DNA from: an uncultured Pirellulales bacterium
GTDB taxonomy: Bacteria > Planctomycetota > Phycisphaerae > Sedimentisphaerales > SM23-30
Direction: 5' to 3'
Assembly: GCA_964578395.1 (NCBI GenBank)
Contig: CAZOCV010000002.1
Span: 1-41,446 of the forward strand
DNA: 41,446 nucleotides
The position numbers and the translations under genes are program-made. The first letter of the stretch is position 1. Each line of letters begins with the position of its first letter. A model generated the notes under the pieces. That model saw nothing but the letters and a program-made list of their open reading frames with translations. It was not told the DNA's origin and made no database searches. Shown here piece after piece: positions 25,446 through 33,952 of the stretch.

Positions 25446-25997
25446 ATGGGTCAGCAGTTACATCCGCCGCGGCCGGTGAAATTGATTGTCGGCATGTTAA
25501 GCCGGGATGCGGAACTGTTCGCGCCGGCGGAAGCCAAACTGTCGGCCTTCTGGGGCGATGCGGATATACGCAGCGAGGTGATGGCGTTTGACCAGACGCA
25601 GTATTATGAAAAAGAGATGGGGCCGGGTTTGCGGCGGCAATTTTTGGCCTTTGAGCGGCTCATCCTGCCGGAACAACTGGCGGGTATCAAGCACCTGAGT
25701 AACACCATCGAGGCGGAGTTGGCGGCAAGCGACGGCGGGCGGCTGGGGGTGGCGCGGCCGGTGAATCTGGATCCAGGATACGTCGAGCCGAGCAAGCTGG
25801 TGCTGGCGACAACCAAGAATTATTCCCATCGCATTTATATCGGGGAAAACATGTACGCGGAAACGACGTTGCGGTATCATCAGGGGCAGTGGCAAAGCTG
25901 GCCGTTTACGTACCCGGATTACGCCGGCGGTGCGTATTTTCCGTTTCTGTCGGCGGTGCGCCAACGGCTAATGGAGCAATTATCATCGCAGAGTTAA
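25446..25997 (+). CDS. DUF4416 family protein
   Basis: FDQTQYYEKEMG, RPVNLDPGYV, KLVLATTKNYSHRIY and YAETTLRY match my recollection of DUF4416. 183 aa. Confidence 0.6.
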   Translation: MGQQLHPPRPVKLIVGMLSRDAELFAPAEAKLSAFWGDADIRSEVMAFDQTQYYEKEMGPGLRRQFLAFERLILPEQLAGIKHLSNTIEAELAASDGGRLGVARPVNLDPGYVEPSKLVLATTKNYSHRIYIGENMYAETTLRYHQGQWQSWPFTYPDYAGGAYFPFLSAVRQRLMEQLSSQS

Positions 25998-27076
25998 AGT
26001 ATCTTGTCGGACTGGGGGCGGCGGCGTTCGTGCTGGCAATTATCGGCACGATGGCCGTACGGCGCTGGGCGCTGCGGGTGGGATTTGTGGATAAGCCGGG
26101 CGAGCGAAAGATACATGTGCAGCCGATGGCATTGGGAGGCGGGATTGTCATTTTCTGGCTGACGGTTTTTCCTCTGGCGGCGGCGGGCGTACTGGGGCTG
26201 GTGTTTTATCACTATGGCGCGCCGGATTGGATTCCGCAAGCACTGACGGCGCATGTTCCGGGCCTGGCGAGCCGCAGGACGATGCTAATGTGTCTGGTGG
26301 CGGCGGCGACGATGCTGCATCTGACGGGCCTGCGCGATGATAAGCGGGCGCTGGGGCCGGGCGTGAAGCTGCTGGTGCAACTGGCGGCGGCGCTATTGGT
26401 GACGGCGGCGGGAGGAATACGATTCAGCTTTTTTATCCCGAATCCTATTATCACCACGGTGCTGAGCGTTCTGTGGATTATGGTCATTACCAACGCATTC
26501 AATTTTCTGGATAACATGGATGGACTCAGCGCCGGCGTCGCGGCGATTTGCAGCGCGATGATTTTATCGGCGGCCCTGGCCAGCGGTCAGGTGTTCGTCA
26601 GCGGATTATTGTGTTTGCTGATTGGATCGCTGGCGGGATTTCTGATATTCAATTTTCACCCCGCTAAAATTTTCATGGGCGACAGCGGGTCGCTGGTGGT
26701 GGGTTTTCTGGTGGCCGTGGCGACGATGCAAACCACCTATTATCAGCATACCGGCGGCGGCGCCTGGTACGCCACGTTAATGCCGCTGGTGGTGTTGGCG
26801 GTGCCGCTATACGATTTTCTCAGCGTCACCCTGATTCGCCTGTCACAGGGGCGCAGCCCGTTCGTGGGCGACAAGCAGCATTTTTCGCATCGGCTGACAA
26901 ATCGCGGTATGACGCAGCGGCAGGCTGTCGGCACGATTTATCTGGCCACTGCCTGCACCGGTCTGGGCGCGACGATTTTACATCAGTTGCGCGCCTCGGG
27001 CGTGATGCTGGTGTTTGTGCAGACCGTTGTGATTGTGCTGATCATCGCGATACTGGAGCGGCCGGAGAAAAAGTAA
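25889..27076 (+). CDS. polyprenyl-phosphate hexosamine-1-phosphate transferase (WecA/MraY, GT4 phosphotransferase family)
   Basis: VDKPGERKIH, NAFNFLDNMDGL and FMGDSGS motifs, about 10 TM segments. The start is uncertain. The only canonical in-frame start before TM1 is GTG 25889, which overlaps the upstream CDS by 109 nt. Confidence 0.85.
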   Translation: MAKLAVYVPGLRRRCVFSVSVGGAPTANGAIIIAELKYLVGLGAAAFVLAIIGTMAVRRWALRVGFVDKPGERKIHVQPMALGGGIVIFWLTVFPLAAAGVLGLVFYHYGAPDWIPQALTAHVPGLASRRTMLMCLVAAATMLHLTGLRDDKRALGPGVKLLVQLAAALLVTAAGGIRFSFFIPNPIITTVLSVLWIMVITNAFNFLDNMDGLSAGVAAICSAMILSAALASGQVFVSGLLCLLIGSLAGFLIFNFHPAKIFMGDSGSLVVGFLVAVATMQTTYYQHTGGGAWYATLMPLVVLAVPLYDFLSVTLIRLSQGRSPFVGDKQHFSHRLTNRGMTQRQAVGTIYLATACTGLGATILHQLRASGVMLVFVQTVVIVLIIAILERPEKK

Positions 27077-27144
27077 AAGCTGACGAGGACATCCCGCCCC
27101 GGCTTTTGCCAATCTGCCGGTGGAGATGGCGCGTTCTGAGCAAA

Positions 27145-27163
27145 CGCGGGCGGGATGCCCGCG
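27145..27163. repeat. second copy of the GC-rich mini-palindrome cgcgggc(g)ggatgcccgcg, intergenic
   Basis: 18 of 19 nt identical to 3526-3544. Its left half also pairs with catcccgccc at 27090-27099. Confidence 0.8.
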
Positions 27164-27170
27164 ACATGGA

Positions 27171-27208
27171 AAAAAAGCAGGCCCGGCCATCAATGATGAC
27201 CGGGCCGT
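27171..27208 (-). terminator. rho-independent terminator of the NhaD/ArsB-like gene
   Basis: On the minus strand: stem ggcccgg (27206-27200), 13-nt loop, stem ccgggcc (27186-27180), then tgcttttttcc. Starts about 45 nt after the stop at 27252. Confidence 0.55.
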
Positions 27209-27251
27209 ATCTGCCGAAAAATTTAGCGTCCCGGCAGAATTCCCAACCGCA

Positions 27252-28703
27252 TTACGCCGCCCATGAGCCAAAAAACCAACACTGCACCATGGTGAGGGCC
27301 ACCAGCACCGGCAGCAGTATGAGAGCACTCCAGAAAAAGTAACCGAAAAAGCCGGGCATTTTAATACCCGCCCGTTCGGCCAGAGTTTTAATCATGTAAT
27401 TAGCGCCATTGCCAACATAAGTTAATGCGCCGAAAAAGATGACGGCCGAGGCTATCAGGCTTTGCGTGATTATGGCCGATTCTGATTTCGCCGGGGCGAG
27501 GGCGGTTCCCAGCGTGGAAAAAACCGCAGTGTTATCCGCCACGCTGCTAAAGGCGCCAGATAGCCAGAACATCCGCCAGGGAGCACTGAAGCGTTCGGGT
27601 GAAATGATGGAACGCAGCACCTCCCGCGCCGGACCGGCCGTGATAAACAGAGCCAGATAAAAAATGGCTGCTTCCGCCAGAATACCTTTGGCGAAAAGAT
27701 TTTCGCGTCGGATATCTTTGGGCGTCGTCAGCAACGACAGAGCGACCAGCACCAGCAGAAGAACTTCAAAGAAATAATGGGGAGGCTGCGGAATATAGGC
27801 GTTGGGAATTTTGCTGAAATTCACATTTTTCAGCACGATAATCACCACCGCCAGTATCAGCCAGAAAATGTTATGTCGGCCGGTGGGCGCCGGGAGCATT
27901 TGCGGATGGAGGGAGGTTTGAACCGACAAGCGGTCTTTTTCCAATCGCCAGAAAAGGCTGTCAACGATCAGATAAATGACCAGCAAAGCCACATTCACCA
28001 TAAGCCACAACCGCCAGAGATGTGGCAGCATGTTGGGCAATGACGCGGTATGAACATACGGATACAACAAAGCCGCATCGCCTGCCGGCAGCAGGGCGCC
28101 GCCGGTGTTGGCGACACACACAATAAAAAAGATGATGGTGTGCTGATTATATTTCCGCCGCAGATTAATCTCCAGCAGAGGAAAAATCAGCATCATCGCC
28201 ACGGGAATATTTCCGATAAATCCCGCCAGAAAAACACCCAGCGCTAATAACATAACATTAACCCAGGGCGTAGGTTTCAGGGTTGAATGCCAGCGAATAT
28301 TCCCCGCCATGATATACAAGCTGCCCAAAATAACGATAAAGGAAATAAATGCCGGTATATCAAGGGTATCCAGACACGAAAGGGAGGAAGCGGCCGCCGG
28401 GGCAGATTTTCGCCACCAGTAATAGCCCATAACGCAGACGATTGCCGCCGAGGCAATGAGCAGGCGCGTGCCAAAATGATTATACGCCTTGCGGGTCCAG
28501 GGCAGGGCCGCAAGCAATGTATGAGCCAGAACCAATATGACAAAGGGAATGGCCGCATATATTGGCTCGGTAATATCAGGAATGATGGTTGGGGTTTGTG
28601 GATTCGCCCTGGTTGTTTGCGCATTGAGCAAGGCGGGGCAACCGGCAATTACCATTAACATGAGTAACACTATTTTTCGGCGCGATACCAAAAACCTGGC
28701 CAT
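27252..28703 (-). CDS. ion-transporter superfamily permease (NhaD/ArsB/CitMHS-like, putative Na+/H+ antiporter)
   Basis: 483 aa polytopic protein. GGALLPAGDAAL, SSVADNTAVF and YVGNGANYMIKTLAERAGIKMPGFFGY resemble conserved blocks of this superfamily. Confidence 0.6.
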   Translation of the reverse strand: MARFLVSRRKIVLLMLMVIAGCPALLNAQTTRANPQTPTIIPDITEPIYAAIPFVILVLAHTLLAALPWTRKAYNHFGTRLLIASAAIVCVMGYYWWRKSAPAAASSLSCLDTLDIPAFISFIVILGSLYIMAGNIRWHSTLKPTPWVNVMLLALGVFLAGFIGNIPVAMMLIFPLLEINLRRKYNQHTIIFFIVCVANTGGALLPAGDAALLYPYVHTASLPNMLPHLWRLWLMVNVALLVIYLIVDSLFWRLEKDRLSVQTSLHPQMLPAPTGRHNIFWLILAVVIIVLKNVNFSKIPNAYIPQPPHYFFEVLLLVLVALSLLTTPKDIRRENLFAKGILAEAAIFYLALFITAGPAREVLRSIISPERFSAPWRMFWLSGAFSSVADNTAVFSTLGTALAPAKSESAIITQSLIASAVIFFGALTYVGNGANYMIKTLAERAGIKMPGFFGYFFWSALILLPVLVALTMVQCWFFGSWAA

Positions 28704-28739
28704 TTTTAAAAGACCTCCCGACCGGAAAACCTGTATTAA

Positions 28740-28772
28740 GATATAACTTCTTTCCTAAAAATAAGTTATATC
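28740..28772. promoter_or_regulatory. perfect 10-bp inverted repeat gatataactt-N13-aagttatatc upstream of the NhaD/ArsB-like gene
   Basis: Arms at 28740-28749 and 28763-28772. Lies 37 nt upstream of the start at 28703 and 107 nt downstream of the UDPGP gene stop. Could be an operator or a weak AT-rich terminator. Confidence 0.35.
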
Positions 28773-28878
28773 GCAATATGCTCTTTAGCGCAGACGAAAC
28801 CACTCGCTGGGCAAACAGCTTGTTTAGTTATCGGCACACAGATTGATACAAGTTTAATTATAGGACGGAAGATAAAGG

Positions 28879-30309
28879 TCAGCCCAAATATACGATATCC
28901 CCGGGTTTCATCTCTCGAAGCTGGCGTCGTTTATCATAGATTTCATGATCGTCAAGGGCGAAGAGGGGAGCAATTTCTATCAAGGCATCGACAGTTCCAT
29001 CTTTTCGGCGAGGCACTTTGATGCCGGCCCGTTCGATCCATCGCGCGGCACGTTCGATTTGGAGCTGCTGTGAAGACTGAAGGCTATCAACGCCGGAAGC
29101 GTTCTTAATCGGGGCGAACTGGTCGGCCCTTTCGATTTCCAGAATGATGGAATGGTCGGCCAGCGGCAAGGCATCGAAAACAAAGGACTCAAATTTGTAG
29201 GCATTAGGTTGTTCCGGGGAAATCAAATGGCCGGCCTGATCAACATAGGAAACTTTTTTAAAAGCCCGATGCCAGGGGAGGGAAAAACCGTGCTGGTTTA
29301 GTTTTTCCACGAAACTGCGGCTGATGAGGTGGATGGCGATGGAGCCATACTCGAACATGAGCCGGCCATTAGCGGCCTTTTTATGGGCTAATTCACTGGG
29401 GAGGTCACTGTATTCGATAACCGTAACCTTACCATCAACGAGGGCAAAATTACCGACTTTTTCCAGAGACTCGGCTTTAATTACGGCTTTGCTGGACATT
29501 TCGGCGTTATCGAGAGCATGCAGACCGATAAAAAGAGGATCGACCACATAAACAAGCGGGTTATCAATCTGAAAATAGCTGATATATTCCACGCCGCGAC
29601 GGGCCATATCTTCAATCGCGCCGCTGCGATAAAGTGCGCGAAGGCTGCCGCCATGGCCATCAGGATTCATCGCCAGTGACTCCGGCGAAGCGAGCATTAA
29701 CTTGCCATTGGTATCGACGCAAGGCATCATGCCCTGGCGGAAGAATAATACATCGTTGGCATTCAGGCCGAAATGGTCATTTTGCTCAAAGGTGCGAACG
29801 GTATCCTCATGGTTGGCGCGGCTGGTCATAATATACCAGGGCAGATTACAATTGTATTTTCGCTGAACGGCCAGAATTGTTTCGGCAAAAAGCCGAAACA
29901 GGGTTTTATTGCGGACGGGGGTGGCGGGCACGTTTCCTTTGGGGCCATCAAAGTTCAAGCGGGTTCCCTGGCCGCCGGCAACGGTAAAAGCGGCAACTTT
30001 ATGTTCAGCGATGAGATTTTCGCCGCGTTCGAGAGCTTGGCGATATTTCGGTTCCAGTTCTGCAGAAGGTTTGGCGGGATACACCTGGGGAGAATGAATA
30101 TGTTTTGGCAAGGCAAAAGGCCGGGGATGGCGTATATGTTCTTCAATCAGACGGTCCAATAATTCCAGGTCCAGTTGCTCGATGTCTTCGAGTAAACTTT
30201 CCCGCCGGGGTCGGTCCAGTTGCTCAATAAAATGTAAAACATGGTCCTGGTTATGGTTGCGCAACTCTCGGATTGCCGCATCAATTCGACTTTTAATAGT
30301 TTGAGCCAT
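28879..30309 (-). CDS. UDP-sugar pyrophosphorylase of the UDPGP/UAP family (UDP-N-acetylhexosamine pyrophosphorylase-like)
   Basis: AGGQGTRLNFDGPKG and NPDGHGG motifs. ATG at 30309 chosen (MAQTIKSRID...). Confidence 0.85.
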   Translation of the reverse strand: MAQTIKSRIDAAIRELRNHNQDHVLHFIEQLDRPRRESLLEDIEQLDLELLDRLIEEHIRHPRPFALPKHIHSPQVYPAKPSAELEPKYRQALERGENLIAEHKVAAFTVAGGQGTRLNFDGPKGNVPATPVRNKTLFRLFAETILAVQRKYNCNLPWYIMTSRANHEDTVRTFEQNDHFGLNANDVLFFRQGMMPCVDTNGKLMLASPESLAMNPDGHGGSLRALYRSGAIEDMARRGVEYISYFQIDNPLVYVVDPLFIGLHALDNAEMSSKAVIKAESLEKVGNFALVDGKVTVIEYSDLPSELAHKKAANGRLMFEYGSIAIHLISRSFVEKLNQHGFSLPWHRAFKKVSYVDQAGHLISPEQPNAYKFESFVFDALPLADHSIILEIERADQFAPIKNASGVDSLQSSQQLQIERAARWIERAGIKVPRRKDGTVDALIEIAPLFALDDHEIYDKRRQLREMKPGDIVYLG

Positions 30310-30450
30310 GGTTTGGTTCCTCGTGCCAAAATTCATTAGTGACGGGCGCGGCCCGGTCATTATTTAATTATGATGGTTATGGGCGGAATGTCCAGTCCTT
30401 GGCCAAAAATGGCAAAATAGTGGTTATGTCGGCCCTTTTATCAGCCGATA

Positions 30451-31503
30451 TTGAGGCTGATGATAGAACCAACAATAACATTGGAAATCGACGAAAAACC
30501 GCCTTATCAGCCTGATAAGAGCCGGTGGCGGGTATGGGCGGTGATGGCCGCCTTATTAGTTATCGGAGCTTCGGCGGTTTTTGGCACAACATATCGCTTT
30601 ACCCGTGCGATAGATGACCCCCTGCGCCGGCAGAAGGCGCCGGTCCTGGACGTCCAAAGCCAGTATGTCGTGCGAGGCATGCAAGTCAATGCCAACAGCC
30701 TGCAACTCATGATGCAACGGGGCATTTGCCGCTTGTCCGGCGAACAGGACATGAAGCAGGCCTGGCGGCGTTTCGTCCATGACGAGGACGTCATAGCGAT
30801 TGTTTTTTCACCTTTGGCCGACAACAGTTTATCCAGCAATGACGTGTTAGCGAAGGTGCTGGTGGAGAGTCTGGTTGCGGCGGATTTCAAACGTGACAAC
30901 ATCATGGTGGTCGGCCTGGCGGATTCACAATCGATTCCGGCGGGAACGCGACCTTGCCGTTATGGCTGGCAGTCGCAGACGCAGGATTTTGGCAGCGGCG
31001 AAGATTATCTGCCGGTTTGGCTGGAGGAGGTTACGGCCATTATTAATGTGCCCAGCCTGATGGATGACAACATCATCGGCTTGCGCGGCGCGATTGCGAA
31101 CCTGGGCTGGCCGATGATAAAACGCCCGGCGCGTTTTTATCTTAACGGCGGCGATCCGTTTTTGACGGATATTTACAATATGCCTCAGATTCGCGGCAAG
31201 GTGCGGCTGCACCTGATGAATGCGCTGCGCGTCTTATATTACGGCGGTCCGGAAGTTCGCATGAGCTATATATGGGAATACGGGTCACTGCTGTTTTCGC
31301 GGGACCCGGTGGCCCTGGACGCGATAGGACTGGAATTGCTCAAGCGGGCGCGGCAGGATCAGTCGCTGCCGCGAGGCGCAGAGGAAACCATAAAGTGCGA
31401 ATATCTGAAAACGGCCTACAGCATGGGCCTGGGCTTTTACGATTTGAATTTTATCGCGTACCAGCGGATTCAGAATGAAGCGAAAGATGCCTCAGCGTCA
31501 TAA
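30451..31503 (+). CDS. DUF362-like protein with N-terminal membrane anchor
   Basis: TM helix WRVWAVMAALLVIGASAVF. The C-terminal part (GLRGAIANLG, KVRLHLMNALRVLYYGGP, SRDPVALDAIG) resembles DUF362. TTG start at 30451, alternative ATG at 30460. Confidence 0.55.
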   Translation: MRLMIEPTITLEIDEKPPYQPDKSRWRVWAVMAALLVIGASAVFGTTYRFTRAIDDPLRRQKAPVLDVQSQYVVRGMQVNANSLQLMMQRGICRLSGEQDMKQAWRRFVHDEDVIAIVFSPLADNSLSSNDVLAKVLVESLVAADFKRDNIMVVGLADSQSIPAGTRPCRYGWQSQTQDFGSGEDYLPVWLEEVTAIINVPSLMDDNIIGLRGAIANLGWPMIKRPARFYLNGGDPFLTDIYNMPQIRGKVRLHLMNALRVLYYGGPEVRMSYIWEYGSLLFSRDPVALDAIGLELLKRARQDQSLPRGAEETIKCEYLKTAYSMGLGFYDLNFIAYQRIQNEAKDASAS

Positions 31504-31530
31504 GGATTAAGGCGTTTCTGGCGGCGGGGG

Positions 31531-32913
31531 TTAAAGGGTATCGGAATTTCGGCCGCGGAGTTCCTGCGCGGGCTTGCTGATAACGGGGCGATATTTACCT
31601 GACGGCGCCGGGGCAATGTCCTGCACCTGTTCAACGATAATAGTATCGGTGCTTTGCAGGCGGGCGCGGGCGGCTTTTTCCACCTGCTCTTTGCCATCGG
31701 GCGGGAATTGATTATCCGTCACCAGGCAAATACGAATCTCGCCGATGCGTTCCTGAACCACCTGAAACTTCACGATGCCTTTGACGGAGCGGCAGATATA
31801 GATAAAGGAATAGCCTACCACCCATTTGCCCTTGTCCGTCACCACGAAATCCGCGATACGACCGCCGCTGATGGCAATGCCCCCCAGTTTTCGGCCGCAG
31901 GGGCACGGTTCATTTTTTAAGGTGACAATGTCGCCGGTGCGATAGCGGAACAGGGGCATGGCCGGCCCCATGATGTTGGTGACGACCAGTTCACCCTCGC
32001 CGTCGGCGGGACGGAGCGTAGCGGGATCAATCGTTTCGAGAATAAGCTGCTCATCCATGGTGTGCATGGTGTGATGTTGGCATTCATGGCCGACCAGCCC
32101 CGCTTCGCGCAGGCCATAAGAATCGTAAACCTCGACGCCGAACGCCCCCGTAATCGCAGCGCGGTCCACGTCGGTAAGCATCTCCGAGGTGGTGCAGATA
32201 ACTTTCAATCCGTGATGATTCTTCAAGGCCGCCAGGTCGATATGCTGCGCCTGGGCCATGTTAATCAGTAAAACAAAACTGCTGGGATAACCGAAAATAC
32301 ATTTAGGCCGCCAGCGTTTCCAGTATTCGATGTAGCCGGCCACCCGTTCGGGGGTTAGTTCAAAACCGTTGGTCAGGCCGTCGTTGATGAGGCGGTCGCG
32401 GAAATGTTTGATACGGTCCTGTTTGCTCAGTTCCACGGGCGACCCCCAGAAGTACATCTCTTTTTCGCCGCGGCGCACGCCCACCCATTCATGGCCGCGC
32501 ATACGGGCGGCGTTGATGTGGGCTTCACGGGTGGAGGAGGTATAAAACTGGAGAGCTTCGTTGGTGGAGCCGCTGGTGCGCACGAGGTTGACGCGCGGGC
32601 CTTCTTCCCGCCAGACCATCTGCTCACGATTTTCGCGCAGGACGGATTTATCAATCAGAGGAAAACGCCGCAAATCATCGAGCGAACGGATACTGTCCGG
32701 CCGAATGCCGTGCTCATCCATCAGCTTGCGCCAAAAGGGGGTATGCTGATAAGCCGCATTGACGATGTGCCCCAACCGCTGCAGGCGCAAAGCGTCCAGT
32801 TTTTCGCGCGGCCACCACTGACTCTGCATCAGGTCCTGGTAAATCGCAAACGTTTTGCGCCCCAGGAGTCGCTCCTGAATACGAAAAAATGTTCTCGCCA
32901 GGCAAGGAAGCAT
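31531..32913 (-). CDS. adenylate-forming enzyme of the PaaK / CapK / F390-synthetase-like family
   Basis: TSGSTNEALQF (AMP-binding P-loop), YGLREAG, RYRTGDIV. ATG at 32913, 14 nt after the upstream stop. Confidence 0.8.
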   Translation of the reverse strand: MLPCLARTFFRIQERLLGRKTFAIYQDLMQSQWWPREKLDALRLQRLGHIVNAAYQHTPFWRKLMDEHGIRPDSIRSLDDLRRFPLIDKSVLRENREQMVWREEGPRVNLVRTSGSTNEALQFYTSSTREAHINAARMRGHEWVGVRRGEKEMYFWGSPVELSKQDRIKHFRDRLINDGLTNGFELTPERVAGYIEYWKRWRPKCIFGYPSSFVLLINMAQAQHIDLAALKNHHGLKVICTTSEMLTDVDRAAITGAFGVEVYDSYGLREAGLVGHECQHHTMHTMDEQLILETIDPATLRPADGEGELVVTNIMGPAMPLFRYRTGDIVTLKNEPCPCGRKLGGIAISGGRIADFVVTDKGKWVVGYSFIYICRSVKGIVKFQVVQERIGEIRICLVTDNQFPPDGKEQVEKAARARLQSTDTIIVEQVQDIAPAPSGKYRPVISKPAQELRGRNSDTL

Positions 32914-32929
32914 AAGAATCAATCCCTTC

Positions 32930-33952
32930 TCAGGTCCAATAGATGTTGTTATACGCCTGCACACCTTTTCTGATTACAGCGCGGACGCCGGACAACGTCG
33001 GCGGCGGGGCGGTTTTGGGCTGATAGTTTCCGTCGCGCAACCGACGATGCAAATCCGTGAAGGTCGTCACATGCAGCGGGACATCGGCCGCCGCCAGCCA
33101 GCGGCAAAGCCGCTCAAAACGACGGATGATGATATGATTGGGACGTCCGCCGTCATATTGTTTGTTTTTTACTTTAAATAGACTGAAACTGTGCAGTATC
33201 AGCACGGCGTCGATGCCCGCGCGCGCCAAATGACGGATGAGCGCCTGGCATTCCTCAAAACATATCCCCATCGGGTCTAGCACCTTGGCGGGCTTGAGGC
33301 CGGGAATGCGCCGCTGGTAAAAACCGGAGAAGGCCATCTCCAGAACCGGGCCATACCAGCGCGAGCCATTATAAGGATCGGATGGCGGAAAGGGGCACTG
33401 ACCGCCGGCAAAAGCAAAGGTGTAACTGCTGTCGATGGGGATGCCAGCAGCCCCAAGGAGTTCGAGCGTTTCCAGAGATGCGCCCATATTGCCGGCGCGA
33501 AAAGCGATAGGTTTGGCCCCGGTCCAGCGCTGCAGGCGTTCTGCGCCTTCCTCCAATAACGAACGCTGTAAATCTGGCGGAAGATCGGCCATCTGGTCGG
33601 AACGAGGCGGATTCTGGCCCTGTTGGCGGAGGGCGTAAAATTTGTGGCCGGGATGAATATGCAGTTGCACATCGTGGCCGCGTTCGCACAGATAATGGCA
33701 GATAGGTTCGCTTTCGCCGGCATAACCCTGTTCGTCAACGAAGGCGTCGAGGAAAAACGTGCCGGCCAGCCCATAGCATCGGAGAATTTCGACAATCAGC
33801 GGAATGCCCCAGGCCTTGTCCTCATAACGGCCCCAGACGGCGCGTCGGGGCGGAACGGGGCGCAAAGCGGGATTGCCGCCGGCGCCGCCCATGCTGCACT
33901 CGACGTCGATAGTCAGATAAACACCTGGTTTTGGAACAGGTTGTTCGCTCAT
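32930..33952 (-). CDS. polysaccharide deacetylase-like protein (CE4/NodB-related fold)
   Basis: YLTIDVEC first strand/metal motif and LHIHPGH His motif. The size and context resemble deacetylases of EPS loci. The canonical DD pair is not present. Confidence 0.65.
   Translation of the reverse strand: MSEQPVPKPGVYLTIDVECSMGGAGGNPALRPVPPRRAVWGRYEDKAWGIPLIVEILRCYGLAGTFFLDAFVDEQGYAGESEPICHYLCERGHDVQLHIHPGHKFYALRQQGQNPPRSDQMADLPPDLQRSLLEEGAERLQRWTGAKPIAFRAGNMGASLETLELLGAAGIPIDSSYTFAFAGGQCPFPPSDPYNGSRWYGPVLEMAFSGFYQRRIPGLKPAKVLDPMGICFEECQALIRHLARAGIDAVLILHSFSLFKVKNKQYDGGRPNHIIIRRFERLCRWLAAADVPLHVTTFTDLHRRLRDGNYQPKTAPPPTLSGVRAVIRKGVQAYNNIYWT

Noticed and set aside
27106-27342. 78-aa plus-strand ORF in the convergent spacer
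   Set aside because: It overlaps the terminator hairpin and the 3' end of the antiporter-like gene. The basic low-complexity translation has no motif.
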